Source of the DNA: Escherichia phage DT571/2
Strand: one strand, 5' to 3'
Sequence record: NC_047749.1
DNA: 64,000 nucleotides
The notes beneath the pieces were generated by a model. It searched no databases. It was not told where the DNA came from and saw only the letters and a list, made by a program, of their open reading frames with translations. This document shows positions 1 through 7,539 of this stretch, piece by piece. The position numbers and the translations under genes were made by a program. Within the stretch, counting starts at the first letter, position 1; every line of letters starts with the position of its first letter.

Positions 1-96
1 ATTTTTAGCAATGCAATCTATTTCTTTTGCATCGTGCGATGCTTGACTACTAAAGCTGAAGGTAAGGGCAGCTACTAAAAGCAAAGCTGCCTTCAT
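1..96 (-). CDS. Partial CDS (N-terminus only; continues beyond window start): predicted secreted/lipoprotein-like protein with signal peptide MKAALLLVAALTFSFSSQA
   Basis: ATG at ~96 (minus) preceded by GGAG RBS; hydrophobic h-region followed by A-x-A-like cleavage site; ORF runs off the window edge. Confidence 0.35.
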   Translation of the reverse strand, partial: MKAALLLVAALTFSFSSQASHDAKEIDCIAKN

Positions 97-102
97 TCTT
101 TT

Positions 103-420
103 TTACTCCTGCCAATCGTATTCAATACGATTGGGGTTTTCTTTGTATCCCAAGTCAAGCAAATCATTACGCATAGTTTGCTTAGCTACGGGATTCGAGG
201 TTACTAGTACCACTTTCTTTGGTCTCTGCCCAAATTCTAAGAGTAAACGAAGAATTTGATAACCTTCCATACCATCTACAGCCAAATCGTTGTCGAAATA
301 AACAAAATGGCCAGTGGTATCAGTCTTATTCAGAAACTCAACAGCGGCTTCTGGGGTTCGAATGATAATGTCCATTCCGTGAAGATTACGCACATCATCA
401 ATCAAAATATGAAAAGTCAT
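103..420 (-). CDS. Stand-alone CheY-like receiver (REC) domain protein (105 aa)
   Basis: Motif order ILIDD ... TPEAAVEFL ... VYFDNDLAVDGMEGYQILRLL ... VVLVTSN ... K matches REC acidic pocket, phospho-acceptor Asp, conserved T/S and Lys; own sigma70-like promoter upstream. Confidence 0.55.
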   Translation of the reverse strand: MTFHILIDDVRNLHGMDIIIRTPEAAVEFLNKTDTTGHFVYFDNDLAVDGMEGYQILRLLLEFGQRPKKVVLVTSNPVAKQTMRNDLLDLGYKENPNRIEYDWQE

Positions 421-450
421 AATAGCCTCGTTTCATCAATTTAAAAATAT

Positions 451-479
451 ATTATACAGAGAACTTAATAAATTAGCAA
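451..479 (-). promoter_or_regulatory. Sigma70-type promoter (TTGCTA-17-TATAAT) for REC-like gene
   Basis: Consensus-like hexamers with 17-nt spacer, A/T-rich upstream tract. Confidence 0.6.
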
Positions 480-862
480 ATACATTTTTAAATTGTGAAA
501 CTAGTAAACCGATAAACAGCCTAGGGGCGCCACAGGCCATATCTTACGAGCCATGTACCTTTGATCTAGGGTTTGAATCATCAACGAATACTTTGCATCT
601 TTTAGCTTTAGAAGTTTAGAAGTTTGAGTTCTTTAAACTTTTCAGCTTTCATACTTAAATGTTGATCTTTGAAGTTGTGTCGGTAATATCAACGACTCTT
701 TGTTTTTACGTGTCAGATTAAATGTCCGATGTAATAAACATAATCTCCAATAGATTATACTTTATAGTATGGTCAGCGGTCTTATTTAACCTCGTATTTC
801 AACCGCTGCTGCGAGGTAAGATGCTTGGGCTTTCGTCTACCGATTTACTAGCTTTTAAATTA

Positions 863-1501
863 TTACTCTACTTCAATGAAAGTAGAGGCGTTAGACTCGG
901 ACAGAACAAAGTCAACATTAGTTGCAAAGTCCTGATATTCCTCGTCATGTTGTTTAATCAGCTTCTCCAGTTCCAGCGGATCAATCAAGAATGGGGTATT
1001 CTTGAGTTCCAACAGGTTGAGCTGCATTTTAACTTCATCTTCGGAAGTTTTCTTATCGCGGGTAGCCATGCTATCCTGCAAACGCTCATATTTAGCATCA
1101 AACTGTGCTTTCTGCGTATTAAACTTAACCGTAGCGGCATGGAACTGCTTACGCATATTAGCCAGCAACTGAGCTTTAAGCTCCATAGAACGCTTAGCTT
1201 CAATTGCTTCTGCAACAGTCATTTTACGAGAGCCAATCTCAACGATTGTTTCCGCATTGCTCTTAATCAATGCTGCTTTGATACGATCACGCTGGGACAT
1301 CATATCCAGCAGAGACTGGAAATCTGTCTTAATACGATTAGACAGATCTTCTACTTCGATTGCAGCGCCAACTACAACCTTATTTTTATCCTTACCTTCA
1401 CCAACAGCGATCAGAAGCTGTTGTTCAGTAGCTTTACGGATTTTAGCTTCCAGAGATTTGATGGTTGCCAGAGCACGAGTTTTAGAGATACGAGCGGGCA
1501 T
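863..1501 (-). CDS. Hypothetical protein (212 aa), predicted coiled-coil
   Basis: Long ORF, AAGGAA RBS 7 nt upstream of ATG; no recognisable catalytic motif. Confidence 0.7.
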   Translation of the reverse strand: MPARISKTRALATIKSLEAKIRKATEQQLLIAVGEGKDKNKVVVGAAIEVEDLSNRIKTDFQSLLDMMSQRDRIKAALIKSNAETIVEIGSRKMTVAEAIEAKRSMELKAQLLANMRKQFHAATVKFNTQKAQFDAKYERLQDSMATRDKKTSEDEVKMQLNLLELKNTPFLIDPLELEKLIKQHDEEYQDFATNVDFVLSESNASTFIEVE

Positions 1502-1553
1502 TGTTTATTCCTTACATGAAGTTTAAGATTTGAATTTGTTTAAAGTTGGTCTA

Positions 1554-1736
1554 TTACAGACCCATTGCCAGTAAGGTACGCAGAACAGTATCTTTACTGT
1601 TATCAATTTTAGGATTAACACGATTTAGCAGATCAAAGATTTTCTGGACACCTGATTGACGTTCAGCCATACGACGGATACCCAGATTACGAGTAGCTTT
1701 CTTACCATTTTTACGGACATTTTTAGATACTGGCAT
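1554..1736 (-). CDS. Small basic hypothetical protein (60 aa)
   Basis: AAAGGAAAAC RBS; directly downstream of tandem promoter. Confidence 0.55.
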   Translation of the reverse strand: MPVSKNVRKNGKKATRNLGIRRMAERQSGVQKIFDLLNRVNPKIDNSKDTVLRTLLAMGL

Positions 1737-1768
1737 ATTTGTTTTCCTTTTGTTGTTTTCTCAAATTT

Positions 1769-1812
1769 ATGAATATATTATACAGAATTTATGAATATAT
1801 TATACAGAATTT
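1769..1812. repeat. Perfect tandem direct repeat, 2 x 22 bp (ATGAATATATTATACAGAATTT on plus strand)
   Basis: Read directly; duplicates the -10 hexamer and initial transcribed region of a minus-strand promoter. Confidence 0.85.
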
Positions 1813-1827
1813 TGGAGCCGGAAGCAA
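1777..1827 (-). promoter_or_regulatory. Sigma70-type promoter TTGCTT-17-TATAAT with tandemly duplicated -10/initial transcribed module
   Basis: -35 at ~1822-1827, -10 copies at ~1799-1804 and ~1777-1782. Confidence 0.6.
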
Positions 1828-1828
1828 A

Positions 1829-2530
1829 TCAAATTTTCATTTTTTCGATCATAGCTGCAACACAATAGCTCTCAACTAAGGCATCGAATGCTGGGTCGTG
1901 CTTAACCGGATATATCCCGTAACGAATGGTGTCCATCTTCTCCATCTTGGCTTTTGCCCAGCTAATACCTTCGGTCTCTAGAGCCTTATAACTGTATCCA
2001 GCTTGCATCCAGAGATTACGAAGAGATCGAACATTACCCAAATTCCAGAATTTCCACGGAACTATTTCTTCATTGGTTCCAGCATGGAAAGTGTTTGCAG
2101 AGTAGATAGTCATATCAAACTCTGGGCCATTGCCGTAATATAAAGCATTTTCGCCTAGAGCCAACTCCATAATATTTTGGGTCATAGAGAAGGCAGCATG
2201 GTTAGAGCCGAGCTTATTAGTACAGTGATGTTTACCATCTCGAAAAGCAATCAGCTTTGGATTATGCTCATTCATAGCTTCCATAATGTGGAGAGCAGAC
2301 GGACTATTTTTAGCTTGATCCATCCAGAATGCTAGAGTAGATGCCGTAACTTTAGCTCCAGAATTAAGCTGGTCTTGCACATCCAAAGTAACAAACACTA
2401 GATCAGGGTCTTTATCAATTCCATGCATAGCCACAAAAGCGAAGGAAGGCATTGCGATATGAGTAGTACCACAATCTCCTGGAGTTCCTAGAGATTCAAT
2501 ATCTAACATACCAAATGGTTTTACTTTCAT
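1829..2530 (-). CDS. Putative DEDDh-type 3'-5' exonuclease (233 aa)
   Basis: N-terminal LDIESLG (Exo I D-x-E) and C-terminal H-D-P-A-F-D-A (Exo III H-x-A-x-x-D) motifs; AAAGGA RBS. Confidence 0.55.
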   Translation of the reverse strand: MKVKPFGMLDIESLGTPGDCGTTHIAMPSFAFVAMHGIDKDPDLVFVTLDVQDQLNSGAKVTASTLAFWMDQAKNSPSALHIMEAMNEHNPKLIAFRDGKHHCTNKLGSNHAAFSMTQNIMELALGENALYYGNGPEFDMTIYSANTFHAGTNEEIVPWKFWNLGNVRSLRNLWMQAGYSYKALETEGISWAKAKMEKMDTIRYGIYPVKHDPAFDALVESYCVAAMIEKMKI

Positions 2531-2558
2531 AACTTATCCTTTATTGTGTAGAAAACTA

Positions 2559-2795
2559 TTAAAGAGCTGTCTCTTTAATAGACTCCCACTTCTTGGGGTC
2601 TTTAAAACCAGGAAGCATATCTTCACTAACATCCCAGTTTTCTTCCGTAGAAAAGTCTGGCCATTCATTCCAGTTACCTTCCAGCTCTTCATACCAGGTA
2701 TCCATTACCTCGCGATTAGAAAGTCGTGTATAGTCTCTAGCGGACTTATGAGTGCTAGCACGGTTAAAATCATTCTTTGCTACAAAATTACGCAT
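2559..2795 (-). CDS. Hypothetical acidic Trp-rich protein (78 aa)
   Basis: ORF with GGAGAAA RBS; start lies immediately after terminator hairpin. Confidence 0.5.
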   Translation of the reverse strand: MRNFVAKNDFNRASTHKSARDYTRLSNREVMDTWYEELEGNWNEWPDFSTEENWDVSEDMLPGFKDPKKWESIKETAL

Positions 2796-2803
2796 AGTTT
2801 CTC

Positions 2804-2830
2804 CAAAAATATGAGGGGCTTTCGCCCCTC
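2804..2830 (-). terminator. Intrinsic terminator (GAGGGGC-GAAA-GCCCCTC + U-run)
   Basis: GC-rich hairpin followed by T-run on minus strand. Confidence 0.7.
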
Positions 2831-2837
2831 TTATCTA

Positions 2838-3353
2838 TTACTTCGCTTTACGTTTACGAGCTGGTTTAGCAGATTTACGAGCAGAATCACCCGTAAATTT
2901 AATACCCACACCATAGCACAGAGCACGAACGTTATCTTTGCTATATTCTACGCCGAAGATATTTGGCTTAACAGAACCAAACTGGCCACGAGTATCACGC
3001 AGTACATCTGCCGTTGGTTTACGCTTCTGGTTAACTGCTTTTTCGTAATCTTTCATGGCCATGCCATTACGAGGGAACAATTCAGCTCCAGCATTGAAAC
3101 TCAGTGTTACTGGAACAGATTTGTGACCGTAACCCTGTACATAGGTTACGAGGCGGACTACAGAACGAGTAGCATTCTTAGCCTTCGGCTTTTGACGAAT
3201 CGGAGCCGGACGATTCAGTGCCTGTGCAGCTTGAGCATCAGTAGGATGCTTGCGCAGGTGGCGTTCCAGACGAGCTTTGCGGTTAGCCTCAGTCTGTGGG
3301 AAAGTTTTAACTGCCGGAGCTGCTTGAGTTTTTGCGTTTTTCTGCTTAGCCAT
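2838..3353 (-). CDS. Hypothetical basic protein (171 aa), possible nucleic-acid binding
   Basis: Lys/Arg-rich N- and C-termini; own sigma70 promoter 3392-3420; terminator downstream. Confidence 0.6.
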   Translation of the reverse strand: MAKQKNAKTQAAPAVKTFPQTEANRKARLERHLRKHPTDAQAAQALNRPAPIRQKPKAKNATRSVVRLVTYVQGYGHKSVPVTLSFNAGAELFPRNGMAMKDYEKAVNQKRKPTADVLRDTRGQFGSVKPNIFGVEYSKDNVRALCYGVGIKFTGDSARKSAKPARKRKAK

Positions 3354-3391
3354 TATTTGTTTTCCTTTTTGTTTATCAATTTATGAAGTAT

Positions 3392-3420
3392 ATTATACGA
3401 GAATTTGAAGCGTTCAGCAA
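3392..3420 (-). promoter_or_regulatory. Sigma70-type promoter TTGCTG-17-TATAAT
   Basis: Hexamers and spacing; 38 nt upstream of ATG of 171-aa gene. Confidence 0.6.
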
Positions 3421-3436
3421 ATGAATTTTTTAAAAA

Positions 3437-3715
3437 TTATCTGCCAACCATCTTAGCTTGTTCGGCATCTGAGACATATTGATACGCTCCTTTATTATAC
3501 GCTGGAGCAGTACACATTTTCTTACGCTCAATCTCTTCTTGAGCTTTTCTTTCGCGTTCAGCTAATTCTTCATCCAGATAAACTAAACGTTGTTCTGGAG
3601 GAGGTGGAAGACGTGTTTCTGGCTCACCAATATTAGCCTTTCTTATTTGACGAGGTGATTGTGCACGTTTTCTCAACGGTTTAAATCCTAATGAATTTGA
3701 GTTATAAATTCGCAT
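3437..3715 (-). CDS. Hypothetical protein (92 aa)
   Basis: GAGGAGGG RBS; own promoter 3743-3771. Confidence 0.5.
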   Translation of the reverse strand: MRIYNSNSLGFKPLRKRAQSPRQIRKANIGEPETRLPPPPEQRLVYLDEELAERERKAQEEIERKKMCTAPAYNKGAYQYVSDAEQAKMVGR

Positions 3716-3742
3716 AAAGCCCTCCTCACTTTCAATACGAAT

Positions 3743-3771
3743 ATTATACTAAATTAGAGGGCTTTAAGCAA
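3743..3771 (-). promoter_or_regulatory. Sigma70-type promoter TTGCTT-17-TATAAT
   Basis: Preceded by AAAAATT A-tract; 27 nt upstream of ATG of 92-aa gene. Confidence 0.6.
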
Positions 3772-3791
3772 CTGAATTTTTAAATTATTTA

Positions 3792-4268
3792 TTACATCTC
3801 CGCAAGTTCTTGCTCAGTAATAACTGTATTACACAGTGCATCTACAGCTTCATTACCACTAATACCAGAATGTCCTTTAACCTTAATAAAGGTAGGATTA
3901 GTATTGTGAAAGTTGATATACTGCTGTGTTAATTTAAATGCTTCCTGCCAAAGTTCTAGATTAAGAGGAACCTCACCATCTGCTTTCTTCCAGCCTTTCC
4001 TTTGCCAAGAAAACATCCAGCTTTCCATGCCATTTTTGCAATAAGCAGAGTCAGTATAGATAACAATTGGTCTATTATCCTTTTTAACGGACCAACGTAG
4101 AGCTTCTACAATAGCTGTGAGTTCCATCTCATTATTTGTAGTTTTAGGACTATAGCCAGATTTAGAGCCTAGACGATCGTCATTATCATCATAGACAATA
4201 AAACCCCAAGCACCGGGACCTGGGTTGGACTTACAAGCACCATCTGTGTAAATGTGGAAAACCGACAT
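3792..4268 (-). CDS. rnh: Ribonuclease H (RNase HI family)
   Basis: N-terminal VFHIYTDGAC...NPGPGAWG RNase H motif; ATG at 4268 with GGAG RBS preferred over track TTG at 4280. Confidence 0.85.
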   Translation of the reverse strand: MSVFHIYTDGACKSNPGPGAWGFIVYDDNDDRLGSKSGYSPKTTNNEMELTAIVEALRWSVKKDNRPIVIYTDSAYCKNGMESWMFSWQRKGWKKADGEVPLNLELWQEAFKLTQQYINFHNTNPTFIKVKGHSGISGNEAVDALCNTVITEQELAEM

Positions 4269-4329
4269 TATTTGCTCCAATTAATAGTTACCCAATAGCC
4301 TTCACGCTAATTACGATCAAGTAAAATAT

Positions 4330-4371
4330 ATTATATTTGAAATTATACCTAATAAGCAAGTATAATTTCAA
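4330..4371 (-). promoter_or_regulatory. Overlapping sigma70-type promoters upstream of rnh (TTGAAA-18-TATAAT and TTGCTT-18-TATAAT)
   Basis: Two possible hexamer pairings in A/T-rich palindromic region directly after thyA terminator hairpin. Confidence 0.5.
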
Positions 4372-4377
4372 ATATAA

Positions 4378-4393
4378 TAGCCCCGAAGGGCTA
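4378..4393 (-). terminator. Hairpin TAGCCC-TTCG-GGGCTA after thyA (terminator/attenuator)
   Basis: Stable tetraloop hairpin; followed by A/T-rich promoter region. Confidence 0.5.
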
Positions 4394-4399
4394 TTTAAG

Positions 4400-5239
4400 T
4401 TAAGAGGACATTTTAGCTTTAAGAGCTGGATGAGGATCGTACCCCTCTAAGTGGAATGACCAGGCTGCTGTATTATTTTCTAATAAGTCGTAAAGATCTA
4501 CAAATTCTGGCATTACTAGAGTTGGTAAAGAACGAGGTTTACGTTTTACCTGTTCTTCTACCTGTTCCATGTGGTCATTATAGATATGAGTATCACCGCC
4601 ACTAAAGATAAGATAACGAGGTTTTAATCCTGTCAGTTTTGCTAATATATGCGTTAATAAAGCATAACTAGCGATATTGAAAGGTAAACCGAGGAAACAA
4701 TCCACAGAGCGTTGTGTCCATTTAAGATCTAAGTACCCATCATTACTTACATAGCACTGGAAGCCGTAGTGACAGGGTGGTAATGCCATTTTATCAAGTT
4801 CAGCTACGTTCCATGCAGAAACTAGATGTCTGCGGCCATGTGGATTATTCTTGAGTCCTTCAATAAGTTCTAGAATCTGATCTCGCCCACCAAAGTTACG
4901 CCACTGTTTACCATATACTGGTCCTAGATTACCATTATCATATCCCATACTTATAGCTTGGTCTTCATAATTTGGAGTCCAGATGGTCCACTGTCCTTCG
5001 TCACGACCAAATGTGAATACACGTAGATCATGAAGATTTGTGGAACCAGACAAGAACCATAAAAGTTCTCCAACTACCGATTTCCAAGCTAGACGTTTAG
5101 TAGTTACAGCCGGGAACCCGTCACGTAGATCGAACTTAGCATAGGAATCAAAAATTGAAACTGTGCCTGTTCCTGTACGGTCATTACGGGGTTCACCTAG
5201 TAAAATTACATCTGTCAAAATTTTTAAGTATTGTTGCAT
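4400..5239 (-). CDS. thyA: Thymidylate synthase
   Basis: Active-site LPPCH motif, 279 aa typical length. Confidence 0.95.
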   Translation of the reverse strand: MQQYLKILTDVILLGEPRNDRTGTGTVSIFDSYAKFDLRDGFPAVTTKRLAWKSVVGELLWFLSGSTNLHDLRVFTFGRDEGQWTIWTPNYEDQAISMGYDNGNLGPVYGKQWRNFGGRDQILELIEGLKNNPHGRRHLVSAWNVAELDKMALPPCHYGFQCYVSNDGYLDLKWTQRSVDCFLGLPFNIASYALLTHILAKLTGLKPRYLIFSGGDTHIYNDHMEQVEEQVKRKPRSLPTLVMPEFVDLYDLLENNTAAWSFHLEGYDPHPALKAKMSS

Positions 5240-5772
5240 TAATAAGTAACCAATTCCTGTACAAATCGCAGGCTGTTATCACTGTTTGCGCCAGTTGCGT
5301 AAACTAATCGAGTAGATTCATAGTTGTAATCTAGAATCGTATTATCCAGATGTACATCTGCCTCTAGCTTCTGTTCGCTAAAGATTGTAGATACAAAAGC
5401 ACTTTCTATATGCCCATGTTGGTACATCTCTAGAAGAAGATTAGCTCCGCCTAGAACTACTGTTTGCTGATCTTTTAAGAACGTGGGCAATGTATCCCCA
5501 ATCTTAGAAATTGGGGTGTAAATATCATGTGTAATATCGTCTGGCAATGGACGATCAGCACGAATAAATAGGTCAGAAGTTCCAATCATACGTTCCCTAA
5601 CGGCGTATGGAAGAGCTAAATAAGTACCAGCACCAATAATAATATTATTAGGATTTAGTACATCTAATTGTGAATAAAAAGCACCTAGTTCTTCTTTAAA
5701 AGAACCCCAGGGAAGCTTACCTCGGAGGCCGAACTCCCCATTCGGCCCAACTGCATACATTGCTGTAATCAC
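5239..5772 (-). CDS. frd: Dihydrofolate reductase
   Basis: 177 aa, LPW motif near N-terminus; start/stop overlap with thyA and nrdB (operon coupling). Confidence 0.75.
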   Translation of the reverse strand: MITAMYAVGPNGEFGLRGKLPWGSFKEELGAFYSQLDVLNPNNIIIGAGTYLALPYAVRERMIGTSDLFIRADRPLPDDITHDIYTPISKIGDTLPTFLKDQQTVVLGGANLLLEMYQHGHIESAFVSTIFSEQKLEADVHLDNTILDYNYESTRLVYATGANSDNSLRFVQELVTY

Positions 5773-6914
5773 AGGAAATCTCCAAATTCATTGCCCAGAT
5801 CTTTCAGAGTATCAGTAGAAGTCTCAGTTACCTGACCTACACGATAGGCTGCACCAATCTGGATTTCTTGTGGAGCAGGCTGTAGAGAAGTAGTATCCAA
5901 CCAGTTCATGATCCACGGAATAGGGTTTTTAGTGATTACTGGTAAGTGACTAGGCCATTCTACGCCAATGTGCATAAACGCGTTGCGTCCTACAAAGTAC
6001 AGGTACTCTTCTAACAGTTCTGCATTCAAACCAATCAGGCTACGACCGTTGAAAATGAAATGACCCCATTCAATTTCAGTTTTCAGAGTTTTCAGGAGCT
6101 GTGCTGGTGCTTTAGCCACTGCTTCATCTACCAGATCTTTGTCAAACTGCTGGAACATAATCTGGATGATTGTTTTAGACATCTGAGTATGTAAGGCTTC
6201 ATCTTTAGCAATCAATTGCAGATTTTTAGCAATACCTTGCAGAATATCGTTCTCTGCTAACGCAAAGGTACATGCAAAGGATGCGTAAAACTGCATTGCT
6301 TCCAGACCGTAGATTGCAAAATAAGCATCTAACAGTTTAGCCTGAGTTTCACGCTTAACTTCAGGGAACTCAGTTTCTGGATACGTATTGTCACCACGAT
6401 GATCACGTACTGCGATGAAATACTGACCTAACTGGTACAGTTCATCAAACAGTTCAACAGAATCTGCGATACGTGCGAATGCTTCTTGGTTTTTGGTTAC
6501 AGAATCAATAAATTCTGCTGGATCAGTCAGCACATTACGAATAATATTACTATATGCACGGCTATGCAGATCTTCGAAGTAGCTCCACTGCTTGAGCATA
6601 CCTTCCAATTCTGGACGGCTTACCAGCGGCATAATAGCTGCTTCAGGCGCTCGACTGATAAAGGAATCAGTTTGAGTCTGCCATGCTAAGTTCAGGAGTG
6701 TGATTTCCTGAATTTCACGTGGGAGATTGGGCCATTGTTTCTTATCGGCTTCTAAACTGATTTCTGTCTCAGTCCAAAATTGAGAGCGAGCTAATAACGC
6801 CAGCCTTTCCAGCTCTGGATGGGCTACTCGTACATAATCTGCGATACCTAGAGAATCACCGAGAAATAGATCTTTATTGGTATGATCCCAGTTTAAGTTA
6901 AGTAAAGTTGTCAT
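5769..6914 (-). CDS. nrdB: Ribonucleotide reductase class Ia beta subunit
   Basis: Ferritin-like di-iron/tyrosyl radical protein layout, 381 aa; adjacent to nrdA. Confidence 0.9.
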   Translation of the reverse strand: MTTLLNLNWDHTNKDLFLGDSLGIADYVRVAHPELERLALLARSQFWTETEISLEADKKQWPNLPREIQEITLLNLAWQTQTDSFISRAPEAAIMPLVSRPELEGMLKQWSYFEDLHSRAYSNIIRNVLTDPAEFIDSVTKNQEAFARIADSVELFDELYQLGQYFIAVRDHRGDNTYPETEFPEVKRETQAKLLDAYFAIYGLEAMQFYASFACTFALAENDILQGIAKNLQLIAKDEALHTQMSKTIIQIMFQQFDKDLVDEAVAKAPAQLLKTLKTEIEWGHFIFNGRSLIGLNAELLEEYLYFVGRNAFMHIGVEWPSHLPVITKNPIPWIMNWLDTTSLQPAPQEIQIGAAYRVGQVTETSTDTLKDLGNEFGDFL

Positions 6915-6922
6915 TAGTTCTC

Positions 6923-7438
6923 CTATTTATCTGTGTTTCTAAGTAGTGTTGGATCTTTGGTTATAGAGAGGATTAAAGAATCTCGATACTCTATCGCCTC
7001 TTCTAGAGTTGGAAGAGTTTTCACGTATTCTTTTCCGTTAATGGATTTTCTAACTTGAAATCCAGACCCTTTCTTCCGAATATTCTTAGTACCCAATATA
7101 TTGTTTTTACTGGTTTTTCTATTTTGACTATTTAACTGCCAGTCTGCTTCTCTTAGATTAGTCCACTTATAGTTTAGTGGATCTCCATCTATATGGTCAA
7201 CCATAACTTTGGGTAAGTTTCCTGTCATGTACAGAAAAGCAATATTTTGTGCAGGGTACTTCTTACCCTTGATTTGTATTACTAAGTCTTTTCGGTTAGG
7301 ATCTACTGAGTGTGGTTTTAAACAACCAGCAGGTAGTCCTCTTACTTTATTGTGTACTTCTTGGTTATTTAACCAAGTAAATGTTCCTTCATCTGGATTA
7401 TACTCCAGAATCCTTTTTAATTCATCTTGTGTTATCAA
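6923..7438 (-). CDS. HNH homing endonuclease (HNH motif plus AP2-like DNA-binding domain)
   Basis: DHIDGDPLNYKWTNLREA HNH_3-like motif, C-terminal GSGFQVRKSINGKEYV AP2-like segment; TTG start with AAGGAGA RBS; own promoter 7465-7493. Confidence 0.75.
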   Translation of the reverse strand: MITQDELKRILEYNPDEGTFTWLNNQEVHNKVRGLPAGCLKPHSVDPNRKDLVIQIKGKKYPAQNIAFLYMTGNLPKVMVDHIDGDPLNYKWTNLREADWQLNSQNRKTSKNNILGTKNIRKKGSGFQVRKSINGKEYVKTLPTLEEAIEYRDSLILSITKDPTLLRNTDK

Positions 7439-7464
7439 AACTAATCTCCTTAACTAATAGAGAT

Positions 7465-7493
7465 ATTATAGCAAATCAGATAGCGATTAGCAA
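7465..7493 (-). promoter_or_regulatory. Sigma70-type promoter TTGCTA-17-TATAAT upstream of HNH endonuclease/nrdB operon
   Basis: Hexamers and spacing. Confidence 0.6.
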
Positions 7494-7503
7494 GTAAAAT
7501 TTC

Positions 7504-7530
7504 AAAGAAAAAGGAGACCCGAAGATCTCC
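7504..7530 (-). terminator. Intrinsic terminator after nrdA
   Basis: GGAGA-loop-TCTCC hairpin followed by TTTTTCTTT. Confidence 0.55.
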
Positions 7531-7539
7531 TTGTTTTTA

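Noticed and set aside
722-1519. 265-aa plus-strand ORF
   Set aside because: Antisense to the better-supported minus-strand 212-aa gene (863-1501); low-complexity Leu/Phe-rich translation, no RBS.
2544-3386. 280-aa plus-strand ORF
   Set aside because: Runs antisense across two minus-strand genes and a terminator; hydrophobic low-complexity product typical of shadow ORFs in A/T-rich DNA.
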